Assembly: GCA_050613775.1 (NCBI GenBank)
Contig: JBODTK010000160.1
Coordinates: 1-64,000 of the forward strand
Direction: 5' to 3'
DNA: 64,000 nucleotides
Source: Neocallimastix sp. 'constans'
Lineage: Eukaryota
In this document: positions 39,423 through 52,464 of the stretch, piece by piece
Layout of the letters: every line of letters begins with the position of its first letter
How positions within the stretch are numbered: the stretch's first letter is position 1
Position numbers and translations under genes: made by a program
The notes under the pieces: model-generated
What the model saw: only the letters and a program-made list of their open reading frames with translations
The model's database searches: none
What the model was told of the DNA's origin: nothing

Positions 39423-41852
39423 ATGGAAAGTCTAACTTTATACCAAATAAATAATGCTATTTCTAAGTCAACTTCAGTTACTGCTGTTGCTGCTACTAAA
39501 GTTGCCGGTGTTAGAGTAGCTCGTTCACTCCACACCACTTCTATGAAGAATACTACTGGACTTAATACTAAGACTTCTAAGAAGTCTTCCATCCCATCTG
39601 TTCAAACTAAAACTTATGCTACTCAAGCTCCATGTATTACTAAAGATGCTGCTGCTAAGAGTGAAATTGATGTCGAAGGTTGGATTAAGAAGCACTATAC
39701 TCCATATGAAGGTGATGCTTCTTTCCTAGCTGGTCCAACTGAAAAAACTAAGAAACTTTTCGCTAAGGCTGAAGAATACTTAGCCAAGGAACGTGCTAAT
39801 GGTGGTTTATATGATGTTGATCCACACACTCCATCCACCATTACCTCTCATAAACCAGGATACCTTGACAAAGAAAATGAAGTTATCTATGGTTACCAAA
39901 CTGATGTTCCACTTAAGAGAGCCATTAAACCATTTGGTGGTGTTAACATGGTCAAGAACGCTCTTAAGGCTGTTAATGTTCCAATGGATAAAGAAGTTGA
40001 ACACATTTTCACTGATTATCGTAAGACTCACAACACTGCTGTCTTTGATATCTACTCTAAGGAAATGAGAGCTGGTCGTTCTAATGCTATCATGACTGGT
40101 TTACCAGATGGTTACGGTCGTGGTCGTATTATTGGTGATTACCGTCGTGTTGCTCTTTATGGTACTGACCGTCTTATTGCCCAAAAGGAAAAAGATAAAG
40201 CCGAATTACAAAAGAAGCAAATGGATGAACCAACCATGAAATTAATTGGTGAAGTTGCTGATCAAGTTAAAGCTCTTAAGCAACTTACTCAAATGGCTAA
40301 GTCCTATGGAATTGATATTTCAAAGCCAGCTAAGAATGCTAGAGAAGCTACTCAATTTGTTTACTTCGGTTATTTAGGTTCAATTAAGGAACAAGATGGT
40401 GCTGCCATGTCTCTTGGTCGTGTTGATGCCTTCCTTGATTGTTTCTTTGAAAATGACTTAAAGAATGGTGTTATCACTGAAGCTGAAGCTCAAGAAATTG
40501 TTGATAATCTTATCTTAAAATTACGTTTCGCTCGTCATTTACGTACTCCAGAATACAACGATTTATTTGCTGGTGATCCAACTTGGGTTACTATGTCTCT
40601 TGGTGGTATGGGAAGTGATGGTCGTACTTTAGTTACCAAGACTTCCTTCCGTGTTCTTAATACACTTTATAACTTAGGTCCAGCTCCAGAACCAAACATC
40701 ACTGTCCTCTGGAACAAGAACCTTCCAAAGAACTTCAAAGATTTCGCTACTAAAGTTTCTATTGATACATCATCTATTCAATATGAATCTGATGCTCTTA
40801 TGTCAGCCAGATTCGGTGATGACTACGGAATTGCTTGCTGTGTCTCTGCCATGAGAATTGGTAAGGATATGCAATTCTTTGGTGCTCGTTGCAACCTTGC
40901 TAAACTTATGCTTTATGTTCTTAATCATGGTAAGGATGAAAGAACTGGTAAGCAAGTTGGTCCAGATTTTGGTCCAGTTCCAGATGGTCCAATTCCATTT
41001 GATTGGATGTGGGAAACTTATGATAAAGCAATGGACTGGATTGCTAAGCTTTATGTCAACACTATGAATGTTATTCACTTCTGTCACGATCAATATTGTT
41101 ATGAATCTCTTCAAATGGCTCTTCATGATACTGATGTTCGTCGTCTTATGGCCTTTGGTGTTGCTGGTCTTTCTGTAGTAGCTGATTCCTTCTCTGCTAT
41201 AAAGTATGCTAAGGTCACACCAATTCGAGACCCAAAGACTGGTTTAACTGTTGATTTCAAGGTTGAAGGTGAATTCCCAAAATTCGGTAATGATGATGAT
41301 CGTGTTGATTTCTTTGCTCGTACTGTTACTGATAAGCTTATTACTAAATTAAGAAAAACACCAACTTACCGTGGTGCTACCCACACCCTATCTATTCTTA
41401 CCATTACCTCTAATGTTGTTTATGGTAAGAAGACAGGTTCTACCCCAGATGGTCGTAAGGCTGGTCAACCATTTGCTCCAGGTTGTAATCCAATGCATGG
41501 TCGTGAATTCTCTGGTGCTGTTGCTTCTCTTTCTTCTGTTGCTAAGGTTAATTACGATTCCTGTATGGATGGTATTTCTAATACCTTCTCTATTGTTCCA
41601 AATACCATCGGTAAGACCTTAAAGGAACGCCAAGGTAACCTTTCAGGTTTATTAGATGGTTACTTTAGTAAGGGTGCTCACCATCTTAATGTTAACGTTC
41701 TTAAGCGTGAGACCTTAGAAGACGCCATGGCTCATCCAGAAAACTATCCAAACCTTACTATTCGTGTTTCTGGTTATGCTGTTAACTTTGTTAAGTTAAC
41801 TCCAGCTCAACAAAAAGAAGTTATTGCTCGTACCTTCCACGAAAAGATGTAA
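39423..41852 (+). CDS. pfl: Pyruvate formate-lyase (formate C-acetyltransferase), 809 aa, intronless, with an N-terminal presequence
   Basis: [40 protein letters not shown], active-site IACCVS and glycyl-radical motif [10 protein letters not shown]. Strong codon bias. Confidence 0.98.
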   Translation: MESLTLYQINNAISKSTSVTAVAATKVAGVRVARSLHTTSMKNTTGLNTKTSKKSSIPSVQTKTYATQAPCITKDAAAKSEIDVEGWIKKHYTPYEGDASFLAGPTEKTKKLFAKAEEYLAKERANGGLYDVDPHTPSTITSHKPGYLDKENEVIYGYQTDVPLKRAIKPFGGVNMVKNALKAVNVPMDKEVEHIFTDYRKTHNTAVFDIYSKEMRAGRSNAIMTGLPDGYGRGRIIGDYRRVALYGTDRLIAQKEKDKAELQKKQMDEPTMKLIGEVADQVKALKQLTQMAKSYGIDISKPAKNAREATQFVYFGYLGSIKEQDGAAMSLGRVDAFLDCFFENDLKNGVITEAEAQEIVDNLILKLRFARHLRTPEYNDLFAGDPTWVTMSLGGMGSDGRTLVTKTSFRVLNTLYNLGPAPEPNITVLWNKNLPKNFKDFATKVSIDTSSIQYESDALMSARFGDDYGIACCVSAMRIGKDMQFFGARCNLAKLMLYVLNHGKDERTGKQVGPDFGPVPDGPIPFDWMWETYDKAMDWIAKLYVNTMNVIHFCHDQYCYESLQMALHDTDVRRLMAFGVAGLSVVADSFSAIKYAKVTPIRDPKTGLTVDFKVEGEFPKFGNDDDRVDFFARTVTDKLITKLRKTPTYRGATHTLSILTITSNVVYGKKTGSTPDGRKAGQPFAPGCNPMHGREFSGAVASLSSVAKVNYDSCMDGISNTFSIVPNTIGKTLKERQGNLSGLLDGYFSKGAHHLNVNVLKRETLEDAMAHPENYPNLTIRVSGYAVNFVKLTPAQQKEVIARTFHEKM

Positions 41853-42924
41853 ATTAAATAAAACATTAAATATGAATAACTTAAAAATGAAATTTTTCTT
41901 AATTGAAAATAATTAATAATTAATTGAAATTATTATCTAATAATATGAATAATAATTAAATAAAAATATTAACTATTTTATCTTAAAAGATAGGTTAGTT
42001 ATTAATAGCGATAATCAATAATATTAAATAAAATTATAATAAATTTTTTTCGTTTTGACGATCATCTTTAATATTTAAATGTAAAAAGATAAAAATAATT
42101 TAATAATAAATAATAAATAAATAAATAAATAAATAAAAATTTTTTTAATATTTTTACTTTTTTTTTTTTTTTTTTTTTTTAAAAAAAAATAATATTATAC
42201 TTTCAAATTATTAATTTTTTTATATTAAATATAAAATATATAATTTGAACATTAAAAAAAAAAAAAAAAAAAAAAAAATTAATTATAATTAAATTATTAA
42301 ATATAATAATATACAATTATAAATTAAATGATCTAATATTTATATAATAATAATTAATTAATTATATTTATAATTATATATAATGGAAAAAGTATTACTA
42401 GGGGTTAGGTATATTATGATAAAAAAATATGAAAGAATATTGTAAATTTTTTTTATAATATTTTTATTTTTAATATTTTTTTTTTTTTTTTTTTAATGTT
42501 TAATTATTATATTAAATAATTAAAATATTGAAAAATTATTTAAATTTTCATGAGATTCATTAAAATTTTATTTAGAAAACTATTTTTTAATAATGTACTC
42601 TTAAATCAATGAATCTGTTATAAATTTAATTAATTATATTACTAGATTAACACGTTGTATAAGCTAAAGCTCTGTATATATACAATAAAAATTAGCAAGA
42701 AAATATAAATATAAAATAAAATTCAAAATATATACCTTGTAATTATATTAAAATAAACATTTTGATACGTAACAACTATAACAACTAAATTTAATATAGT
42801 TTTTCGAACAAAAAAAATACTTTGAGTGAAATATGCTATTACATTAATATTTTAAAGTAATATTCTAAATAAATATAATAATATTATCAATGTTAAAATT
42901 TTAATATAATTTATGGTTTAAATT

Positions 42925-43475
42925 TTCCCGGATGGAATTCCTATTGAATTTTATAAAGCTTTAATTCCTCCGAATGACGAAAATTCAGTAAATAATTCTG
43001 CTTCTGGTTTAAATTGTTTACAGAAGATATACTCTAGAATTTGAAATGGAGAATTTCCTAGCACATGGAATGAAGCAAGTATTATATCTATTCCTAAAAA
43101 AGGAGATAATCTATCTGATTGTGATAATTATCGAGGCATCTCCCTGATTAACAATGGTATAAAACTCATTTCGAAAATAGTCTCCAAAAGAATTTCGGAA
43201 TATAGACTTAAAAATAATTTTATTAGGTCAGAGCAATTTGGATTTCGTAATAAAGAAGAAAGTGTTGGTTTATTTATTCCAATTCGAGAAATTTGTCAAA
43301 GGCGTAAAAATGATAATAAAGAAACTTACCTTGCTTTTCTAGATTTAAAAAAGGCATATGATTCTATTCCAATAAGTAATATTTTATACAAATTAGATGC
43401 TTTAGGTATTTGACAAGGATCTCCACTATCACCAATTCTTTTCAATCTATTTATTAATGACATTTTTAATGATTT
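42925..43475 (+). pseudogene. Non-LTR (LINE, RTE-like) reverse transcriptase fragment
   Basis: My translation gives PDGIPIEFYK...IPKKG...NYRGISLIN...EQFGFR...FLDLKKAYDSI...QGSPLSPILFNLFINDI, with stops and an internal deletion. Confidence 0.85.
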
Positions 43476-43509
43476 TCAATTCATTTATAATTTCAAATAT
43501 TATTATTGA

Positions 43510-43802
43510 CAGAAGAGATAAAAATTTAATATTTAATAATTATTATTAAATATACAAATATGTTGCTATACATATTTATTTTATATCAATTGAAGAATTG
43601 GAATTAATTATAAATATAAACCTTATTTATTAATATTCTCAGAATTATTAGGCCTAAGATAACCCTTTAAATATTAAATAAGAATTTATATAAATTATTA
43701 ATTATATAATTATATATTATTTATAATTAGATAAATAATATTTTTAATTATTGAAATGTAAATAACTGAAATTGAGATTTCAATTCATTTATAATTTCAA
43801 CA
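43510..43802 (-). repeat. Partial diverged copy of the composite LTR end at ~44565-44854
   Basis: Shares CTCAGAATTATTAGGCCTAAGATAACCC and ends ATAATTTCAACA. Confidence 0.75.
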
Positions 43803-43807
43803 TTTTA

Positions 43808-44854
43808 TGTTAAGATTTTGATATATTTTATGTTTTAAATTTAAATAAAATAATATGTTTTATTAAAATTTTACAAAATCAATATGTCTATATAGTAATA
43901 TACTATATATATAGATATATAATAATAATAATAAATATATAAATGGTTTAGTTTAATAAAAATTTATATATAATAAACTTTAATAATTAAAATTATTTAA
44001 TTATTTTTATTTATAATAATTTCTCTTTATTTAATAATTAAATATCTATAAACTATTACTATTAAGGTAATTTTACAATAACCTTACAAAGAACATAAAA
44101 GATAGATTTTTACATCTTTGTAAGTTACATAATAATAATATTTAATTATAAAATATTAATAATATAGTAATATAAATATTAATAAGATATGAAGATATAT
44201 TTAATTATATAATTAAAAACATAATATAAATAAAATACATGTGACGTCAAATGTGATATACGGGACTTTTATGTGCAATAATTTATAAGCAGTGGGTTTT
44301 AAATAATGGTAGTTTAGTAAATTTTATTAACAAAATTATAATATTCGTACAATTAAAATAATAATTCTAATTCCTAAAAATTTACAAGAGAGTTCTCTAT
44401 TTCTAATATAAATAATTTAATCTATTTATAAGAAATAGGTAATATATTAATTATATATTCTAATATATAGAAATATATAAATTTTATATGAAATAAAGTA
44501 TTATAATTATTATAATTATAATAATACATATTGAAATAAAATAAAATAAAATAATTATTATCAAAAAGATATAAATTTAATAATTAATATTAAATATACA
44601 AATATGTTACTACACATATTTGTTTTATATCAAATGTAGCATTGAAATTAATTATTAATATAACCTTATTTATTAATATTCTCAGAATTATTAGGCCTAA
44701 GATAACCCTTTAAATATTAAACAAGAATTTATATTTATTATTTATTATATAATTATATATTACTTATTATTTATAATTAAATAAATAATATATTTTAAAT
44801 TATTGAAATGTAAATAACTGAAATTGAGATTTCAATTCAGTTATAATTTCAACA
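43808..44854 (-). repeat. Solo LTR of the element A family with 5-bp TSD TTTTA
   Basis: TGTTAAG...TTCAACA termini; TTTTA at 43803-43807 and 44855-44859. Confidence 0.8.
44254..44632. repeat. Nested solo LTR (379 bp) with 4-bp TSD AATG
   Basis: TGATATA...TATATCA termini. The host LTR is uninterrupted at the equivalent site (~2475-2490). Confidence 0.8.
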
Positions 44855-45811
44855 TTTTAAAATTACAATATTAAGGAAAAAAATTTTTCAAAAATATATA
44901 AAATCTTGATGATACGATATATTTTAAATATTCGTATTTATAATAGTTTTGGGCGCTACACTGGGGAATTGTACTAAATTATATATTCTAATAATAATAT
45001 TAATTATTTTATTTAATTATTTAAAATTTTTATTTTAGGATATTTGTTTTGTAATATTTTATTTTTATTTTATTTTATTTTATTTTATTTTATTTTATTT
45101 TATTTTATTTTATTTTATTTTATTCAATCTGTACTTTATATTTAATATTCTACTATTTATTTTATTTTATTTTATTTTATTTTATTTTATTTTATTTTAT
45201 TTTTATCATATTAATTAACTATTAATAATTATAATTTAATTATAATATTCTACAATTAATTACTTAAACAACTAATTTTATTAAAACTAATAACTAAACT
45301 ACTATCTTAACTAATTAAAACATTTTTCTTATATTAAATCAACTATTACTAATTAACATATATCAATAATTTTTTTTAACAAAAACATTTTTTTTTTTTA
45401 TAATATTTTTTATATATTTTTTTTTATAATTATTATCTCTATATTAAATCATAATTGTTATATTTTATATAAACATTAATATAAAAGTTTATATTATAAT
45501 AATTAAATTTTATACTATAATAATATTATTTTATATGATTTATAATTAATATAATTCATCATTTTTATATAATTAATTTTATAATAATATATATTTTACA
45601 AACTTTATATAATTAATATAATTTAATAATAATTTTAAAATATCATTATTTTTCTTTTCATCTTGTATCAGAACGCCCACGCTTTAGATCAGACTTCGTC
45701 CCTTGAAGTCTAAAGAATATTTGTATAAAATAATAAATTTTAAAATTTATAAGGCATTATTTTTTTTTTTTTTTTTGTAATATAATTATATGATTATTAT
45801 ATATATATTAT

Positions 45812-45880
<69 letters not shown>

Positions 45881-45924
45881 GTAGTGATTTATTTTAAACT
45901 ATTATTATTTTTTAAATATTAATA

Positions 45925-47128
45925 TTAATCAGTGATTTCTACAAAACTACTTATATAAGGAATAACATTTTTGAGATGTATATTTCTTTCGGCAACTTCA
46001 TTAGTAATTGGATCACAAACTGTAACAGTATTAAATTGTTGCTTAACTATTTTTAATGGTCCAATAAAATAAGGGTCCAATTTTCTTCTATTAAAATTCC
46101 TGATTAATACTAAATCTCCAGGTTTAAATTCACTTCTTAATCTTTTAATTTGTTTTCTTCTATCTTTCCATAGTTCATTAGCAGTTTCTATATTCCGAAT
46201 AGCTTCATTAATCCATTTATTATGTGTAATAAATTTTCTTAAATAATATTCTTCATCAGTTTCATCTTCATGTTTTTGATCAACATTAATTGTAAGTTCG
46301 AAAGGTTGCAAATCCCTTCTACCATAAAGTAATTCAAAACTGCTATATTTTGTTACTTCATTCTTCGCTGTTCTAAGCGCCCATAAAGCACTAGGTAGAA
46401 TATCATCCCAATCTTTATTATTTTTTCCTAAAAGCCGCAAATATTTTCCAATTTCTCTATTTCTATTCTCAACTTCTCCATTAGAAGGTGGATGATACGT
46501 AGCCACATTATGTACATATACATCATGCAAATCGAGAAAAGCTTTAGTTTTATCTGAAATAAGTTGTGGGCCATTATCTGTAATTAATAACTCTGGTATT
46601 CCATGCCTCGAAAACACATTAATTAAAAATCTTATTACATCTTCAGATTCTGTTTTTTCTAATGGTTCAGCTTCCACCCATTTGGTAAGGTAGTCAACTA
46701 ATACTATGATATATCTATTTCCTCTAGCAGTTGTATATAATGGACCAACTAAATCTAAACCAACTCTTGTGAAAGGCAATCCTGGTGGTGTTGGAATATC
46801 TTCAGGGTATTTATTTTGAGGTTGTGGCTTGTACATTTGACATTTCTTACAACATTTTATAAATATTTTTATATCTTTATTCATTCCTTTCCAAAAGTAA
46901 TCTCTTTTTAATCTATGATAGGTTTTATAACAACCTTCATGTCCTACGTTATGTGCTAAATTAATTAATTTCCATTTTTCTTTTTCATCAAAAATTACTC
47001 TTCTTAAATTATTATTTTGTTTATAATAAATAATCCCATCTATTTCTACAAATTTTTGTTTTATATAATTATCAATAAAATCATTTAAAAATTTTTCATC
47101 ATTATTATTATTTTCATTATTATTTATT

Positions 47129-47211
<83 letters not shown>

Positions 47212-50200
47212 GTAATCATTATTATTAGGTGTAACATTTATTACGAAATTTGTATCTAGATATACATTATTGTTAGATAAAATATTTCTTGAGTAATTTT
47301 TATTTATATCATTATTTAACATTTCATTATTATCATCCTTTTGAAAGTTATTATTTGTAAAATTATTATTAATTTTATCAATTTTTAAAATATTATTATA
47401 TTTCTTTTTTCCTATTGTTATACTTCTATGATCTTCTTGTTCATTTTTATTAAGAGATTTTTTGTTAATATTTTTATCAATATTCAAAATTTTATTGAAT
47501 TTATTATTAATGCTTATATTATTTTGATTTACAATATTATTTTTTTCATTTTCATTTTCATTTTCATTTTCATTTGTTGTACTCTCATTTTTTATATCTC
47601 TAAATAATACATTATTTTGAATTACATTATTATTTAATATTTCGGTTTTAAAGCTTGTTTCCTTTGTTAAATAATTATTATTTTTATATGCATCATGTAT
47701 ATTATTATATTTTGTATTATAATTTTCTTTGTTTTCATTTGAATAGTTATTTTGAATAATGTTACAATTTTTTAATTTTTCATCTAAGTAATTAATTTTA
47801 TTATAATTATTATTTTCATTGAGATTATTATTTTTATTCCTATTATTATTTCCAACAAAATTATTTTCATTAGGATTATTGCCTTTATCATAATTGCTAT
47901 TTTTATTACAATTGCTATTTTCATTATGATTATTGTTTTTATTATAATTGTTATTTTTAATATAATTATTATTAGTATTAAAGTTATTATTTTTATTAAA
48001 CCCATTAATTTCTATTTTTTTATCAGAGATATTATTTTTATTATAATTATTATTGTTTTCATTCTCATATAATTTATGATTGTTTGTGATATTATTTATT
48101 TTTATTTTTTTAGATAAATTGCTATTTTTAATAGTATTTTTATTGTCTATTTTTATAAATAAATTGTCATTAGTATTTTCCCTACTGATTTTATTTCTTG
48201 ATTTATTAATTTCATTAGAATTATTATTTCTTATATTCTCTTTTAAAATAATATTTTTAATTGAATTATTATCTTTATTAAAATTGTTTTCCAAAATAAT
48301 ATTTTTATTTTCTTCTACATTCTTATTTTGTATATCTTCACCAGAATTTAATCTTGAAAGTGCATCTGCAATTACATTTCTCCTCCCCTCTTCATATAAA
48401 ACTTTAACTTTTAAAATACTGAATTCCGTAATCCATTTAATATGACGGCTAGAAGTAGGTTCTTTACTATTGAAAATATAAACTAAGGGTTTATGATCAG
48501 TGTACAAAATAGTTTCAAAATTATTACCTGTTAAAAATGGTCTAAATTTCATAACACAATAGTAAGCAGCTAATCCTTCCAAATCCGTAATACTATAGTT
48601 TAATTCTGCATTTACTAAGGTACGACTTTCAAAATAAATAGGCTTTTCATCATTATTCTCATCTAACTGAATAAGAACTCCACCAATACCATATTTAGAG
48701 GCGTCCGTACGAATAATAAATGGTTTTTCAAAAACAGGAGGTGATAAAATAGGTGCAGAAATTATTTTATTTTTTAATTCAACAAAAGCCTTATTAGTAG
48801 TATCAGTCCATACAAAAGGAACATTTTTTTTTGTAAGTTCATATAATGGTTTAGCAATTTGAGCAAAATTATAAATGAATTTCCTATAATAGCCAATAGC
48901 ACCTAAAAAAGAACGTAGTTGCTTAATATTTTTAGGAGGTAACCAATTCATAATAACATTCACTTTTGAATCAATAGGACTAATTCCTTTAGTAGATAAT
49001 TTGTGTCCTAATAATTCTACTTCTTCTTTAAAAAAATGACATTTCTCTAAATTAATTTTTAATCCATTATTATGTAGAATTTTGAAAACCTTTTCAAGAT
49101 CTTTAATATGCTGATCCATTGAGGGAGAATACACAACAAGATCATCGATATAGACAAAGACACAAACACCAATCAAGTCGAAGAATATTCGGTTCATCTC
49201 CCTTTGAAAAGTTGCGGGAGCATTACACAACCCAAAAGGCATAACTTGAAAATTAAAATTACCATAAATAGTAGTAAAACACGTAATATCTCTATCATCA
49301 GGATGCATAGGAATTTGATGGTATCCTGAAAATAAATCAATTGTTGAAAGAACTGCGGTGTTTCCTACATAATAAAGAATATCATCGATAATAGGAAGGG
49401 CATAGGCATCTTTCTTCGTACAGTTATTTACTACTCTATAATCAACGCACATTCTTACTTGACCATTTTTTTTAACACAAGAACAACTGGTGAAGACCAA
49501 GGAGAATTTGAAGGAACAATTAATTTATTGTTAATGAGTTTAATTATTTCTTTTTTTAGAGCATCTGCTTGTACTTTAGAGAGTCTATATGCTCTCTGTT
49601 TAACAGGGTGAGTACCAGGAACTAAATTAATTCTATGAGGAAATAATTTAGAATTACCTAAATCATATGTTTTAACAGCTAAAATATCCGTGTATGATAA
49701 AAATAAAATTTTAATTGAATCTCTAATAGAAGAAGGTACTTCAGATAATATGTCGTGTACAAGCGAAATTTTCTTATCATTTTGCAGAGATTTTAAATCA
49801 ACAAAAGATGAATTATCATCAGAAGTTATTAAAAGAATAGCGGGACAAATTTTTGAATCATTATTAAGAAATAACACATTATTATCAATAGAAAATAAAT
49901 CATTATTATTAAGAACTTCATCATTAGATAATATTAAATTATCAAAATCACTAATATTTATATTAGAAGTATCATTACACAAAAAATTTGAACACGCACA
50001 ATAATTGATAATACCATCACAACGCGTAACATAATTTTCAGAATCATTTTTATTAATATTTAAATCATTAACATTAGAAAAATTTACATTATACATTAAA
50101 TTAGAAAGTTCAATAAAATCACCATTATCATTTTTACGTAATAAAGTATCATCAACTAAATCTAGCACAAATCTATTTTTCTTAAGCGTGTCAATACCAA

Positions 50201-50876
50201 TTAACACGTCGAAAATATCATCTTTTTCTATTTTTCTGAAATAGTCTTTGAAAGTGTAGCCGCCTATTTCAATTTCTAATTCGTATACATCCGAAGAAAT
50301 ATAATTATTAGAATAAGCCTGGAATATTCTTTCCGAAATAGTTCCAACGGCCGTTTTATTTATTTTATACTTCTCGAATGCAGCAGCAGTAATTAAATTA
50401 ACACTTGCACAAGAATCTAAGAATATTTCTGCGTAGGATCCTTCAATAGTACCATTTACTTTTATAACTTTATAGTCGCTTAACAATGATAAAGCATTTA
50501 TTAAAAATTCTTTACTGGTACTTTTAATTAATTTTTGTTCTTTGTTAAACCCGGTACGAAATTTAGGACATAAGTCCAATAAGTGTGCCAATTTAAGTTT
50601 GACTTCTATATTGGCAACATCTTTAACCAGGTCATTTATATCATAATTATCGACCAAATTGATCATTTTAATATGTTTCTCTAATTTTGACGTCTTAGTA
50701 TTACCTCCATTTTCATTTTCGTTTGTAGTATTGGATATTATCTCTTTAATTCTATTTAATTTGTTAATTTTTTTTTGCGTTTGAAATATTTGGTTGGTTT
50801 ATATATGATATATCCAAATGTTCCAATTTTTCTGTGTTATTATTACTATCATTATTAGTATTAATATTATCATTAA

Positions 50877-50910
<34 letters not shown>

Positions 50911-51883
50911 GTTATTATTAGAATTGTCATTATTGTTAATATTATTATTATAATCATCAATATTAATATTATGGTTATTATTATTATTATAATTTAAATT
51001 ATTTGGATCATCCTCTAAATTCATATTATCTTCATCTCGAATATTTTCATTATTATTAATTTCAATAATATCTGGATTTTCTCTAAAATTAACCTTTTTT
51101 GTAGAAGAAAGATTTTCACCTTCAATTATTTTATTATTATTTAGTTCCTCATTATTATTACTATCATTATAATTATCATTATTATTATTTATTTGTTTCA
51201 TGGCTGGAGTGTGAATAGGAACTGGATTATCTTTGAGATGAAGCCTTTGTTTTTCTTTATAAGGCCCCTTATATTTTTCTTTATTTTGTTTGCCTTTTCT
51301 CTGAGCAGCAAAAACAACTTCATCCTGGAATTCTTCATTGGTATCTCTTAAATAAACATTATTATTATTATTTTTATTATAATTGTTATTATAATAATCA
51401 TTTTTTTCATTATCATTATCCTTAATATTATTATTACAATGATTATTACAATTATTATAATGATTATTATTATCATCGATATAATAATCATTATTATCAT
51501 TTCTCATATTAGCATTATCACTAATACATTTCATAATACTATTATTATAATTATAATTATAGTTATTGTAATTTTTATAATTATTATTATGATTGTAATT
51601 ATTAGTATTGTTATTATTATAATTATCATTACTATAATCACTATTACTATAATTATTATTAAGATTCTTATTGTTATAATTACTATTATTATTATTAATA
51701 TTAACATTATTATTAATATCACTATTATTATTAATATTACTATTATTATTATTAATATAACTATGACTATTATTATTATAATTATTGTTATTAATATTAC
51801 CTCGATTATTATAATCATCATTATTATAATTATTACCATTATTAACAAAATTATAATTATTATTATAACTACTATTATGATTA

Positions 51884-51914
<31 letters not shown>

Positions 51915-52464
51915 AACTATTACTATTATTATCATTATTGTAACGATTATTAATGTAATTATTATTATATGTGTAATTATTATTTTTGTTATTTTTATGG
52001 TTATTGTTATTATTAAAGTTATTGTTATTATTAGTATTATTGTTATTGTTACAATTTGGTTTATTGCAATAATTATTATTACTATTATAATTATCATAAA
52101 TATTATAATTATTATAATTATTATTATCATTATCATTGGAATTAGTATTAAAATTATCTTTTCTATTAACTAAATAAATATTCTCATTGTTTTTATAGTT
52201 GTTGTCTTTATTCTTGATATCCATTTCTTCATTATTTCCATAATTTTCATTTCTTTCATTATTATTAATTAGTAAATTATTATTTTTATTTTTAATATTC
52301 TTATAATATATATTATTTTCATTATAATTATTAGGTTCATTAATATTATTATTATTATTATTATAATGATTATGGAAGTTATCATTACAATAATTGTCGT
52401 TGTTTATACATAAAAGGGTGGTTTGTTTACTGGAAGTTGGCCTTCTCCCATAATCTATTTTAAA
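45925..52464 (-). CDS. Element 1 pol (Asn-rich leader, protease, RT, RNase H, Asn-rich linker, integrase), broken by two frameshifts in poly-A runs (~50770 and ~49470)
   Basis: FLDSCAS, CVDYR, YIDD, TDASKYGIGG, TDHKPL, HNVGHEG...CKKC, LDLVGP, TDNG and NGEVENRN across ORFs 50764-52224, 49455-50666 and 45925-49500. Confidence 0.9.

Noticed and set aside
39380..41622. Short ORFs overlapping pfl
   Set aside because: Shadow ORFs of a strongly codon-biased gene.
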